Assembly (NCBI GenBank): GCA_002104945.1
Contig: MCFH01000031.1
Span: forward strand, 186,001 to 250,000
Length of the DNA: 64,000 bases
Direction: 5' to 3'
From: Piromyces finnis finn
Lineage: Eukaryota; Fungi; Neocallimastigomycota
Positions 14,114 through 27,700 of this stretch are shown here, piece by piece. A program made the translations under genes and the position numbers. The notes under the pieces are model-generated. The model saw only the letters and a program-made list of their open reading frames with translations, had not been told where the DNA came from and made no database searches. Positions within the stretch are counted from its first letter, which is position 1, and the number at the start of each line of letters is the position of its first letter.

Positions 14114-16758
14114 ATGATTCCAGATAGACCTAGAGAAGAAATTAATGACCAAGCTATCGTTATTAAGAACGATAATCCAGATGAATCTGACATTTACAGA
14201 TCTAAACTTACTCCAGAAGGTACTCCACTTACTACAGTTTCCAAAAAATTATGTCCAGGTTATGTTAATGAGGAATATTCAGCTAGTACTATATATGAAA
14301 TGTTTGAAGTTGGAAAAACTATTGGTAATCAATTCATTGGAAAGAGAGTAAAAAAAGATAGTCCATATGAATATATTACATATGGTAAGTTTATTTTTTT
14401 TTTTTTTCATAATTTCGTGATATTTATATACATAAATAAAAAACATTATATAATATTTATAAAATTTCCAAATGAAATATTAATAATGAATATTATTAAA
14501 TAGATTTTTAATTTGGAAATTATAATTTATATTTTAAGGGAATGTGATATATTAGTATATTATTTATATTATTTAATGTATATATTAAATGTATTTATAA
14601 AACAATGCTTAATGTTTGAATATTTGTAATAAAATAGTTTTAGTTAGGATATACTTCAATATTATTTTAAACTGTATTAATAATTAATATATTAAAAAAA
14701 TCGAGAAATTATATATTATAATAATATTAGTAGTATTAAAAATTAATTTTCTTATAAATACTTATTTAAACTATAGCTGAAGCTGAAGAAAGAAGAAATG
14801 GTTTAGGTTCTGCTTTTGTTGACTATTATAAATTTGAACCAAAATCTGAAAGAAAAATTGGTATTTACTTAAAGAATAGTCCAGAATGGCTTCTTGTAGA
14901 TGAAGGTAACATACTTATTACTATTATAAAACAATTTTTATAATTAAAAATAAAATAAAAAAAATATTCTAATCATATATATTATTAATATTTATAATTT
15001 TTATTATTATTTTTGTTCTGTTAACATTATTATATGATAACTAACTTACTACATTTGCAAAAAAAAAAAAAAAAAAATTTAAAAAATTAATAAAATATTT
15101 TCTATTCATATTAAATAGCTTGCTGTGCTTTCTCAATTATTTCTGTTCCAATGTACGATACTTTTGATAAGGAAGCTTTAAGTTATATTATTTCACATTC
15201 CGAGTTATCTTTAATTGTCACCTCTGTTCAATTCCTTTCTAGATTATTAGAAATTTCTGAAAAAACTGATATTGTTAAACACATCATTGTTGTTGAAAAT
15301 GATGGTGATGTTATATCCGAGGAATATAAGGAAATTTGTAAGAATAGAGGTATTTCTCTTAGAACTTTTAATGAAGATATAGCCTATGGTAAGGAACATC
15401 TTCAAGAACATGTTCCACCAAAGGCAGATGATGTTTGTACTATTTGTTATACTTCAGGTACTACGAGTAATCCAAAGGGTGTGATTGTTACTCATAAAAA
15501 TATGGTTGGTACTGATGCTGCTTTCTTCCAACTTCTTCCAGATCACTTAAAATTTAATAGTAAAGATACTCACTTATGCTATCTTCCATTAGCACATATG
15601 TTTGAACGTTGTATTACTCATGCAATGGTTGGTTATGGTATGAAAATTGCTTTCTTTAGTGGTAGTCCAAAAGATTTAGTTAAGGATATCCAAGAAGTTC
15701 AACCAGTAGTATTTCCAGCTGTTCCAAGAGTATTATTAAGAATTTATGATACTATAAACCAAACAATTGAAAAATCCAACGTTGTTGTTAGAACAATGTT
15801 TAATGTTGCTTACAAACATAAAAAGAATTTAATTGACAAAGGTTGTATTTCCAGAGATACAATTTGGGATAAAATCGTTTTCAAAAAAATTCAAGCTCTT
15901 TTAGGTAATAATCTTAAGATTATCCTAAGTGCTGCTGCTCCAATTGAAAGTAAGGTCATGGAATTCTTTAGAATTATTTTTGGTGTTAATGTTATTGAAG
16001 GCTATGGATCTACTGAAACTTCCGCTTGTGGTGTTTTAACCTTAATAGGTGATTATACTGCTCCATATGGTCACCATATTGGTGTTCCATTCCCATCTCT
16101 TGAACTTAAGTTAGTTGCTGTTCCAGAAATGGATTATTACCCAAGTGATGATCAACCAAGAGGAGAAGTTTGTTTCCGTGGTACTAATGTTACTCAAGGT
16201 TACTTTAAGAATGAAGAAGAAACTAAAAAGGTTTATATTGATGGTTGGTTCCATACTGGTGATATTGGTGTCATTCTTCCAAATAAAGCTCTTAAAATTA
16301 TTGATAGAAAAAAGAATATTTTCAAGTTACAACAAGGTGAATATGTTGCTCCAGAAAATATTGAATCTAAGCTTGATAATCAATACATAAGTCAAATATT
16401 TGTCTATGGTACCTCATTATGTTCTAAATTAGTTGCTATTATTGTACCAGAAAAAGAAAGTCTTGCACCAATTTGTCAAGAAAAGTTTGGAATGGAAGAC
16501 CCAACCCTTGAGGATATATGTAAATGTGAAAAAGTCAAGGAAATTATTATGGATGAAATTCAAAAAATGGCAAAGGTAGCTAAATTACATGGTTTTGAAA
16601 TTCCAGCTGATATTTGCTTAATTTCTGAACCATTCACTATTGAAAACGGTCTCTTAACTCCAACATTTAAGACTAAAAGACATAAGGCTTATCTTAAGTA
16701 TAAAGATGAAATTGATAATATGTACAAGCATCTTGGTGAATACAAAGAAGATAAATAA
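14114..16758 (+). CDS. Long-chain fatty acyl-CoA synthetase (ACSL/FAA family), 3 exons (14114-14384, 14777-14905, 15119-16758)
   Basis: YTSGTTSNPKG P-loop, YLPLAHMFER, EGYGSTE, GWFHTGDIG, IIDRKKNIFKLQQGEYVAPE, LLTPTFK; exon phases compatible. Confidence 0.95.
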
Positions 16759-17906
16759 TAAAAATCAAGAAATACTATTATTAATAAAAGCCATTAATTT
16801 TAACTATCTCATCATATATTAAGCAATAAAAATATATTTTTTTTCTTTATCTTCTTCATAATTATTAATATTAATGAAGATATGAAATACTATAAAAAAA
16901 CCTTTTATCTAAAAAAAAAAAAAAAAAAAAACGAGCAAAAAGGAAAGAAAATAATACAAAAAAAAATATAATAATATATATATTTTAATAATTATAAAGT
17001 GGAAGGAATAATAATCCAAATTAAAACAACAATATTAGTAAAAAAAACTAATATATGTTGTTTGAAATTCAAACTATTGTTATATTTAATATTTTACAGT
17101 AGTTTATAAAGCCATACTTTTTTTTTCAATACGAGAAAGAAAGAAAAAAAGGCTATATAAATAAGAAATGAGGAAATTTTTAAATTAATCTACAATAATA
17201 AAAAACATCCTTATTTCAAAATTTATATTAAATTTTTAGAAAATAGATAGTTTTTATTTAGAAATAAGAAAAAATACCAACATTAAGGTTACATAATATA
17301 TTTATTTGTATATAAAAATATAAAAAAAAAAAATAGAAAAAACATTTATAAATTAATAAAAATAATTTAAATAATATAATGAATAATATAAAAGTATTAA
17401 TAAGTGAATACTTAAAACAATTATTAAATTGTTTTAATTAAATAACTTTTACATTTTTTTTTTAGAGTTGTATATTTATTATTAGTTAAATGCGTTGATT
17501 AATTAATGGTGTTGAATTTATTTATTCTAGTTTTGTCTTTTCCATAGAATTTATAAAAGAAATAAACCTTACTTAAAGTACGTTCGTTCCTACTTTAGCT
17601 TATAGTGAGCTACAAATCAATAAGATATTCTTTTTTTATTTCATTTAATTTATTAGGTAGGGACCAATCCCACAGTATAAATGGCAGAGTTCATTGAACT
17701 TTTATGCAACTTAAATAATTATTTTATATTATTTTATATTTATATTTTTATTTATATATATTTTATTATTATTATTTATTATTTATTATATCAATATGTA
17801 TTATCACCTAATATTATGTAATATCACAAATTAAATAAATAAATAAAAGATGTGTATTCTCTTCCTAGTCTAAAAAAAAAAATAAAATAAAAAAAAAATC
17901 GATAAG

Positions 17907-18195
17907 ATGGAACAAAGACATTTAAATGAACAGCTTTTCAGTCTCATGTTCCATATGTAGAGGGTTTCGCGGCTTTTCTTATTAAAATAATCTCTATCAT
18001 TAGTAGCTCAATAAAGCTACTTTCTGATAGGTTTAGTATGACACCTAAAGTATTCAAGAGCGTCGACGTCGTACTGGTATGGCAAAGAAACATTTCTAAT
18101 GTTCCATACACAGGGTTTAATATTAGTCTTTCTTTAAATGAAAATATTATGAACTCATTGGGGGAGTTTAGTAGACCTATCATACCTGATGTTAC
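17907..18195 (+). ncRNA. Candidate structured non-coding RNA of unknown family
   Basis: GC-elevated island nearly tiled by adjacent helices; G-U wobbles favour the + strand; followed by a long T-run (18196 onward); no credible ORF. Confidence 0.5.
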
Positions 18196-18427
18196 TTTTT
18201 TTTTTTTTTTTTATTTCATCATTATTCAAATATTAAAATTTCTACTTTTTACAAATGTAATATTTACAAAAAGTAGAAATATATTAATATTTGGAAATTA
18301 CTATGTTACTATTTTAATATTAAAATGTAATTTTTATTTTTTTAATATTATGACATTAATTATAATTATTTTTATAGTAATACTTATACAATAATAATAT
18401 ATTAAAAAAGAAAAAACATTTAAAAAT

Positions 18428-18592
<165 letters not shown>

Positions 18593-20098
18593 TGCAAAAA
18601 TTATAATTAAAATTTAAATTGATATTTCATTGATTTTTTTATATTTAATAATGATATTTGAAATCTTAGGTTAGCACAAATATAGCCCTATTAATATATG
18701 ATTATATTTAATTTTAAAACAATTAATTAATGGCTCAATTTGAAATATAAAATAATATTAAGAGACTGTAAATAATAAAAATACTAGTAGAAAAAGGATA
18801 ATAAAATCAACAAAATCAAATAATCATAACTATTATAATTATTTCTATTTTTATTATTCTTTCTAATAACTATTTTTTTATTTAAAATGTAATTGAAAAT
18901 AAATTCAAATTATTTTTAAATACAGTGACTTTTAACATTGCATATAAAAAATCATGGTAATTTATTACTACTTTTTTTTTTTGTTTTGGTAACTAAATTC
19001 TCTTTTTTTTTTTTTTTCAAAAAATAAAATCTAAATTATATATATATATTGTAATATATATTATTTGTATCTTTTTTTGATGTCTTATTGATATCACAAA
19101 ATATTAGAATTAAAGTTAAGAATTTTCAAAATTAATAATTTACTATTAAATTTAATTGTATTTTTTTATATTAATAATATATTATAGAAACAATAAAAAA
19201 TAAATATATGTATATTAAAAATCAGTCTATCATATATTTCGAATCAATTATTAATATACATATTTAAATTAAAATTTTTTAGGAATAGATTTAAAATTAA
19301 ATGTATTACAAGTTAATAGTATTATTAATATATAAACATATATTTTATATATATAAAAAAACTAAAGAGTAATATATTATATTTATGAAAAAGTAATTAA
19401 AAAATAAATTAAAATTAAGCGAATACCAGAAAAAAAAAAAAAAATTTAAAAAAATATATACAAAAAATAATCTTATTCATTTTAGAGTTTATTATTTATA
19501 AAATAGCAAAAAGTTTTTTTTGTAGTTATAATAGTTTTTTTTATTTATTATTTTTAAAATCAAATTTTAATTAAAATTGAAAATTAAAATTTAATAGCCA
19601 AATAGATAATAAAACAATTATAGAATATAGCTTTTATTGTTGATTGTTAATATATAATTATAGCAAATAATAATTATATTTAGTAATTAACAATATAATA
19701 GTTAATCATTTTATTATGAAAATTAATAAATATAAATAATAAAAATAGTTTAATATTATCACATATATATATAAAATAGCTAAAAGTAAGTATAATTTTT
19801 TGAACATAATAATTATAAAAAGAGGAATCAATAATAAAAAAAGCATTGCAATTTCTTAAATAAGCTATTAATGAATATAAATAAAACCGGAAAAAAAATA
19901 AAATAAAAAGATTCAAAACATTGATATTTTCTATAAAAAGAAATAATGTTCAATTATATATATAATATATAAACATTAAATAATATTTTGTATAATAATT
20001 TAACAAATCTTTAAATTAGTAAATAAAAAGCTTTTTTTTTTAGAAAAATTAATAAATATTAATTAAATTACAATTTATATTATTATTTTTTAAGCAGA

Positions 20099-21655
20099 AT
20101 GTCATCAGAACTTCCAAATCATTTAATATTAGCTGAAACAGCTGTACAACAACCACAAAATCAAAATGATAACATTAAAAAGAGTGACAGTGTCAAGAGA
20201 AATAATTCTATAAAACATTCCGTTACTAGTATTTCTATTAGAAAGAATCATTCTATCAAGAGACAATCTAAAGCCCTTGAAGTTTTAATTGGTACCCCAA
20301 TTAGAGAAGACCATGTTCACTATATTTTAATGTTAAATATGTTAAATGGTATTCGTTTTTCAGTCACTCGTTCTTGTGCAAAGGAAATGAGACCATTAGT
20401 ATCAGAAGATTTTAGAACTAAACATAAGATCGCTTTGGATGTGTAAATATTTAGCTTTAATAAAGACTTTTATATAATGTAATCCATAATAATTCTAATT
20501 TTTTTTATTTAAAATGTATATTAATATAGCAATAATAATGAACTTATGCCTTCTTCAGAATATTACTACAAATTTAAAGATTATGCTCCATTAGTTTTTC
20601 GTTCTATTAGAGAAATATGTAAAATTGATACTACCGAATATTTAATGTCATTAACTGATAAGTATGTTCTTTCTGAATTAGGTTCTCCAGGAAAAAGTGG
20701 TAGTTTCTTTTATTATTCACAAGATTATAGATTTATTATTAAAACCGTTCACCATGATGAACATAAATATTTATTAAAAATATTAAAAAATTACTACGAA
20801 CATATTAAGAATAATCCAGATACTTTAATATGTAAGATTTATGGTCTTCATCGTGTTAAGATTCCATATGGAAAAAAGATCCATTTTATTGTAATGGCCA
20901 ACGTTTTCCCACCAGATAAAGATATACATGTTAAATACGACCTTAAAGGTTCTAAAGTTGGTAGATTCATACCAACTGAAGAAGAAGTTAATAATAAGTT
21001 AGCTGTATTAAAAGATCTTAACTGGCTTAAGAATGAAAAGAAACTTTACCTTGGTAATAAAAAGGCAGCAACTTTTATTAATCAATTAGAAAAAGATGTA
21101 AAATTTTTATCTGATAATAATGTCATGGATTATTCATTATTAGTTGGTATTCACAACATGAACAAAGGTAATCAAGAAAATATTCGTGATACCACACTCT
21201 CTATTATAGAACCAAACCCAGAATCTTTGAGTAAACAATCAGCCATGATAAGCCATAGAAATAGTAAAGCAATTGCTATTGTAAGAGCTTTTGCTGAATC
21301 GAATCCTGTTGCTTTAACCTCATCAGCATTACCCTCAGATACACCTGAAGAACGTAAACATTTCGTATTTAGTCAAGACGAAGGTGGTTATCAAGCTACT
21401 GATGAAAATGATGAACCATTATCTGAGTTATATTTCCTTGGTATTATTGATATATTTACAAACTTTAATCTCAAGAAAAGATGTGAATCATACTTTAAAT
21501 CAATAATAAGTGATTCTAAAACAGTGTCAGCAGTAAATCCAAAGTTCTATGCTAAACGTTTCTTAAGCTTTATAAAATCACAAATTGGTCACGATGAAAA
21601 TGTAAAAAGATTGAAACATTCAAATAAGAGAAATCCAAGAAGATTAACCACATAA
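20099..21655 (+). CDS. MSS4: 1-phosphatidylinositol-4-phosphate 5-kinase (MSS4-like), 2 exons (20099-20442, 20530-21655)
   Basis: FKFKDYAPLVF-type motif, LSELGSPGKSGSFFYYSQDYRFIIKT, YDLKGS, MDYSLLVG, YFLGIID; junction GATGT|CAAT is in frame. Confidence 0.95.
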
Positions 21656-24197
21656 AATAAAAAAAAATTAAATAAATATATATAAATAATTATTTATATA
21701 TATTGGTTTTCTCTAAATATATATATTTTTTACTTTTTTAAATCAAGTATCAATCGTAATTTTAAATTATAAATCAATATTTTATATAAAAGAAATATAA
21801 CTATTTCACATTAGCTTACTATATATATTAACTTTTCAGCCTTAATCTAATATATTAAAAGAAAAAACAATTTCTAAATAATATAAGCAAAAAATTAAAA
21901 TACTAAGTTCTTTTTACATTCATTTTTATTTATGATTAATACTTCAAAAGAAGAAGCATAAATAAAAAATTATAATAATCATTAATTTTATCTTTACAAA
22001 AAAAAAAAAAAAAAAAAAATTGTAAAAAGTAAATCACAATAGTATTTTAAATATAACAACTAGAAATAATTATCATCTGAAAATTCATTATATATAAATT
22101 ATATTTATAAATAATTATATATTATATTCCAAAAATAAGAAAAAAAAGATATTCATTATTTTTATATTAGGAATTATACCTTAATAAAATAAATAAATAT
22201 GAAAGAAATATTTAAAAAAAAAAAGCAAAAACAAATAATAAATAAATAACAACAATAGATAAGCATAATAAACAACAATAATAACAATAAATAATATGCT
22301 AAAATTAATAAATATTGATACTAATATAAAAAAGAAATATCAATAATTTTATTAGTCTTTGTAAATAATAATTAAAAAATTAAAGAAATATTTTATTTCT
22401 TTTCTTTTATTATTATTTTACAAATCAAATATAAATCAAATATAAAAGAATTAAATATAATAATATATGATAAATTTATTAAACGTAAATTCGCCAAATT
22501 TAACACCAAAAAAATATATTTAAAAATAGAGATTATAATGTATAAATAGACACAATGGTAGTATTTTCACTTTATACCTTTAATAAATTTAGAAATGTTG
22601 GTTATCACTTTTTAAATAATGTTTAAGTATATAATAGTTTAGTACTAATATTATACTCTTAGAAAAACATTTTATATTAATGTTAATCAATATAGTCATA
22701 TAGAGTAAATATATAACATTAAACCACAAAAAATATTTATATTTTTTAAATTGTTTTTAGAAACAAATTAAATAATATAGATTTATTAATAATTAAAATA
22801 AATTAATTATTCTAGAAATAGGTTACTAGAATTATTATATTATATATACATATTTATTTAAAGATAATATTATAGTATAATTCATAATACTAATAATAAT
22901 AGAAAATAAATCTATTATTACCTTTTTTTTTATTATTTTAAAATATACATTAAATAGAGTAATTATTTTATATTAAAAATAATTATATATAATTATTTTC
23001 TTTTTTAAATGGTAAATATTTACTACTTTATGTAAATACCTAAATTTCAATTAAAAAAAAAAATATTTCTTAATAAAATTTCTATAAAAAAAAAATCGAT
23101 TATTTATCATATGATCTAACAATTAATAATAAATAATGGTGTGTGTGCGTTTTATTATTTTATTTTATATAAATGTCAAAAAAAAAAAAAAAAGTATTAT
23201 AATTAATTGACTAATAAGTAGATAAATTAAATATTTTAATTGATGAGTAATAGTTTTTTTCAAAAATTACTCTACATTTTACTATGTAACAAAGTTGTTA
23301 AAATTAAAAGTGAACTTTCTTTTTCCTTTTTTTTATATAAAAAGTTAACTTTCATTTTAATATTTTTATTATATTATTTATATTAATATAGTAATGATAA
23401 TTAAATTAAAATAGATCATTATTCATTGTTGAATATTAATAGATAATATAACTATCGATCATAAAAAAATTATTATAGTAGGCTAATAACATGGCTATAT
23501 ATTACTTTTAAACAAACAAAAAAAGTTTAAATAAATAATAATATTAATAATTATTTCTTTAAATGAATAATACATCATTAAAAAAAGAAAAAAGAAAAAA
23601 TACTTAAAATTCAAAATTCTTAGAGTATTAAGTTTATATTTAAATTTTCAGATTTTATTAAAATACAACTTGTTATATTTGTCATTTGATAAAAGGGAAA
23701 AAAAAATAATTATATTATAAATTTCCATTATTCATAAATTTAATTATTTTAAAGTTTTGTTTATAATATAATACATTTTATCATAATTTCAATTTTACCT
23801 TATATATTTGAAAATAAAAGTATAAATTTTTATTATATAAAATATAATACCAAAAGAACAATATTCTTTAATTGATAAATAATAAAAAGCAATAATAATA
23901 ATAATAATAATTAATAAATGACATTCATATTTTATTTTTTATCAAGAATGTAAAATGTGATTAGAATAAAATGTTAATAATCATATAGCTAATAAAACAA
24001 ATATAATAATGAAGTTAATGATGATTTTTTTTTTTTTATATTTATTTATTATTTATTATTGTTATAATATAATAAAACTATTAATCATTTTGTCATTAAA
24101 GTATTATAAAAAAAACAATAAAATAAAGAAATTTTAATTATATAATTATTTATTTGATATTAATGATATCATACAATAATAAATAAATATATATAAT

Positions 24198-24243
<46 letters not shown>

Positions 24244-24783
24244 TTTACAACTATATAATATATATTTAACCAAAAACTCTATAGAAATTTAACTTTTTAT
24301 AATTTAATATTCTTATTTCTTTTTATAAAAGACTATTTGATAATTTTTAAAATATTTTTTTTGATATTAGGTTTTCATTTCCTATATAATAATAAAAAGT
24401 TTAATTTTTTTATTTTTATTTTATAATCAACTTTCTTACATAGTAATAATAACATAGCTTCATAATAATAATATATCATAACTATAATAATCGATACCTA
24501 TATTTACCTATATTTACTAAATAATTAAGTAAAAAGTGGTATAATTTATAAAAAAAACTTCAATTAATAATTTAAAAGTAATAATAAAATAATAAATTTT
24601 TTTTTTTTTGTTAATCATATTTATTCTTTGTTGGTTTATTATAATTATTATTTCGAATTTTGATTACAAATAATTGAGGAAGAAAAATAATATAATATAT
24701 ACATATCTTATAAATGAGAATAATTAATAATTTTTATCTAATAGATTAAATAATAAAAAAAATATAATTAAGTAATTTTTGCA

Positions 24784-27700
24784 ATGTTAAATAATATTGT
24801 ATTAAGTGTATTCTTAATATTGTCATATTTTGGATATTCAATACAAAATACTATTAATCAACGAAATGTAGTAAATTATATTTATAATGATGATAAATGT
24901 GATTTTAATATACTACCTATAAATACAGAATTAAATGAAAATATCGAAAAATGTAATGATATAATAAATAACGTTCTAATTAAAAAAGAAGAAGGAAAGG
25001 AAATAAAATTCCATGGAAAAATACATATTTCATCATCTGTTTTTGAGCATATAAATGAAAAAACATTTCATCAGGATGTTTTTGAAAACATTATATCACA
25101 AATTTCAATGTTATTAAATAACTATCGTAATAAGATTTATACATGGGATGTTAGCGATGATTTAATTACAAATTATTATATTACTTCTTTGATAAAAGAA
25201 GTAAATCAGGAAGATGCTAAAAGTCCAATTATTTTAAATGAGGAAAACATTTATTTAACACCTTACTATAATTTATTAAAGAAAATATTTATAATAGGAA
25301 ATAGTTTGGATCAAAAAATGAATATTAATTATCATCAATCGATTGATCTAGATTCATTTAACTATGAAGAAGGGATTCAAAAGTTAAGTATTCTTAACCA
25401 AATTGTTCATAATTTAATGGAAGAATCAATTCCAATAAAGCAACTTCAATTTGAATTTTTTACTTCAAATGAAAAAGATATACATAATAAATATGAAAAA
25501 GCATTCCAATTCATATCTAATTTAAAATTATTCTCAAACTTAAATATTCCTTTGTATTTTCTTATCCCAAATAAAGATAATCATCATGATTTTGATCGTT
25601 TTTTCCAAAAATGTCATAAAAATAATATTAAGTGTGCATTTTCTATAACTTCTTCAATAGATAATTACAGTTCTGAAATTGCTTACAATATTTTTGAAAA
25701 TGATTACAATAATAATATGTCATCCTATTTTAATTCAAGTGTCAATGTTATTACTTCACAGTTTTATAAAAGAGATAGCATTAACTTAAATTATAATATT
25801 AGTTATTATTCTATTGATAATAAAAATATTGAATCATCTATATACAGTTATAATACTCAATCACGAAAATTAAATAATATCCCTGATATGACTTATTTAA
25901 ATATGTAAAATACTAATTAATAAAAAAAAATCATAATTAATAATTTATTTATATATATGATTAGTGATATATCAACTATTAATATATCTTTTAATTTTAT
26001 ATCAATCAATATCCTATTTATTATTTTCATATATTCATAGTTATGAAAATTTTAAAAAAATAAGTATTAAAGAAGTAAAAGATAATAATGATTATAATGA
26101 TCTTGTCACTCTAAATTTCTGTGTATTTATCGATACAAGCGATAATGGAAATAGAAAAGCAAATTACATTTTTGATGCATTAGCACTATGGATTCAGCAA
26201 AAACATCAAGAAAAAATAGATAGCCAAAGTAAAAAAAATGAATATGAAATTATTGTTACTGTAAAAAATGATAGGTATAAATTTAATAATACAAAATATT
26301 CTCTTTTTTCATAAAAATATTATGAAAAAATAATAAATATAATTGTAATATATTATTAATAAAAAATAGAAATGAAATTATATGTATGAAAAATGAAAAG
26401 GAAAGCTGTCCAGATGATTGTCCAGATTTTGCCTTATTATCATCCAATGATGTAATATATTAAATTCAAATAGTAAAAGCATACATTAATGTTTAATATT
26501 TTCATTTATAACTGAAATATATATATATATATATATATATATTATTTAAAAAAATATTACAATTTTATTTATATACATTATCGCTTTTAAAATTATTGAT
26601 TAATTTAATAAAAAAAAAAAAAAGATTTCAATTTATTATAAAAAATCATACTTGTTATCACTGGATAAATATATTCGAGAATATTATAAAAATTATGGTA
26701 TTACATTGGAAAGTAAAATTTATAAATATGCATTCTATGATTGTTAGTATTCATATAATTCATTTCTTTTTAGAATAATAATAAATTTCAAAAATATATA
26801 ATATAATTATAGAAAAAAAAAAAACTGATTTATCTTTATTCAAATAGATCACATTGATAATCAATGGATGGCTATTCCATTTACTGTCCAAATTAGAACA
26901 CTCTTATTCAATAGTACAACATTTGATAAATGTATGAATAGTGAATCTCTTCGTTATCCACCTGTAAGCAAATCACATACTATTTAAAAATATTATTATT
27001 ATTATATTAATTATTATTATTATTAATTATTATTATTAAGCCTCATAATGAAGAATGGTAAACAATAAATACACATATATAATAATAAATTAAATTAATA
27101 ATATTAATATATATAATATATAATTTTTGAATTATTTAAAAGGGACGGAAAAGATAATAATAAAGCATGTTTTATAAATAAGATTATTCATAATATATAT
27201 TATAATTGTAGAAAAAAAATAATATATATTACATAGTATTATATATTAATATATATTGATATACTTAAATATTTAATTTTATAACAGTGGGATTGGAGTA
27301 AATTCTTTGAATATTCAAGAAAAATTAAGCATTGTACAAAAAAGAATGGTATCACATTTTTCGGAGAAAATGCTGAAGGTAATTAAAAAAAACTACAATA
27401 TTTTTTTTTAAAAATAAAAATAATACCTTTATAAAAATTTGATTTTGGTAATTTATTATTTTTTATAACATTTGGGAAATAATATAAAATAAAAATAATA
27501 AAAGAATTAAAATTCCTCTCAATGTACGTCCAATCTGTTGGTATTCCATTTATTATTGAAAATGATTATAAAGTTAAGATGTTTGCAACAGAAAAAGATG
27601 AAATTGATTTTGCTGATCGTTTTAAAGATTTAAAAGAAGTTCTTAAAAATCATGAAGTAAGGGCAAAAAGAAAAAAGATAAAAAATAATAATAAAAAAAA

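Noticed and set aside
18062-18075. GTCGACGT..TACT resembling the yeast U3 5' end; ACCTGAT resembling a TPP riboswitch; AAACCCT on the minus strand resembling a telomerase template
   Set aside because: U3 box A (GGATCATTTCTATAG), TPP CTGAGA and a 1.5-repeat template are all absent
17944-18394. 79-aa and 118-aa ORFs over the structured element
   Set aside because: No recognisable domain, they run into T-tracts, and the base-pairing explains the GC elevation better
25964-26314. Independent gene start MIYQLLIYLL... with an apparent signal peptide
   Set aside because: Needs a GTG start in AT-rich intron-like sequence; an in-frame GT-AG intron from the upstream ORF is more parsimonious, though not proven
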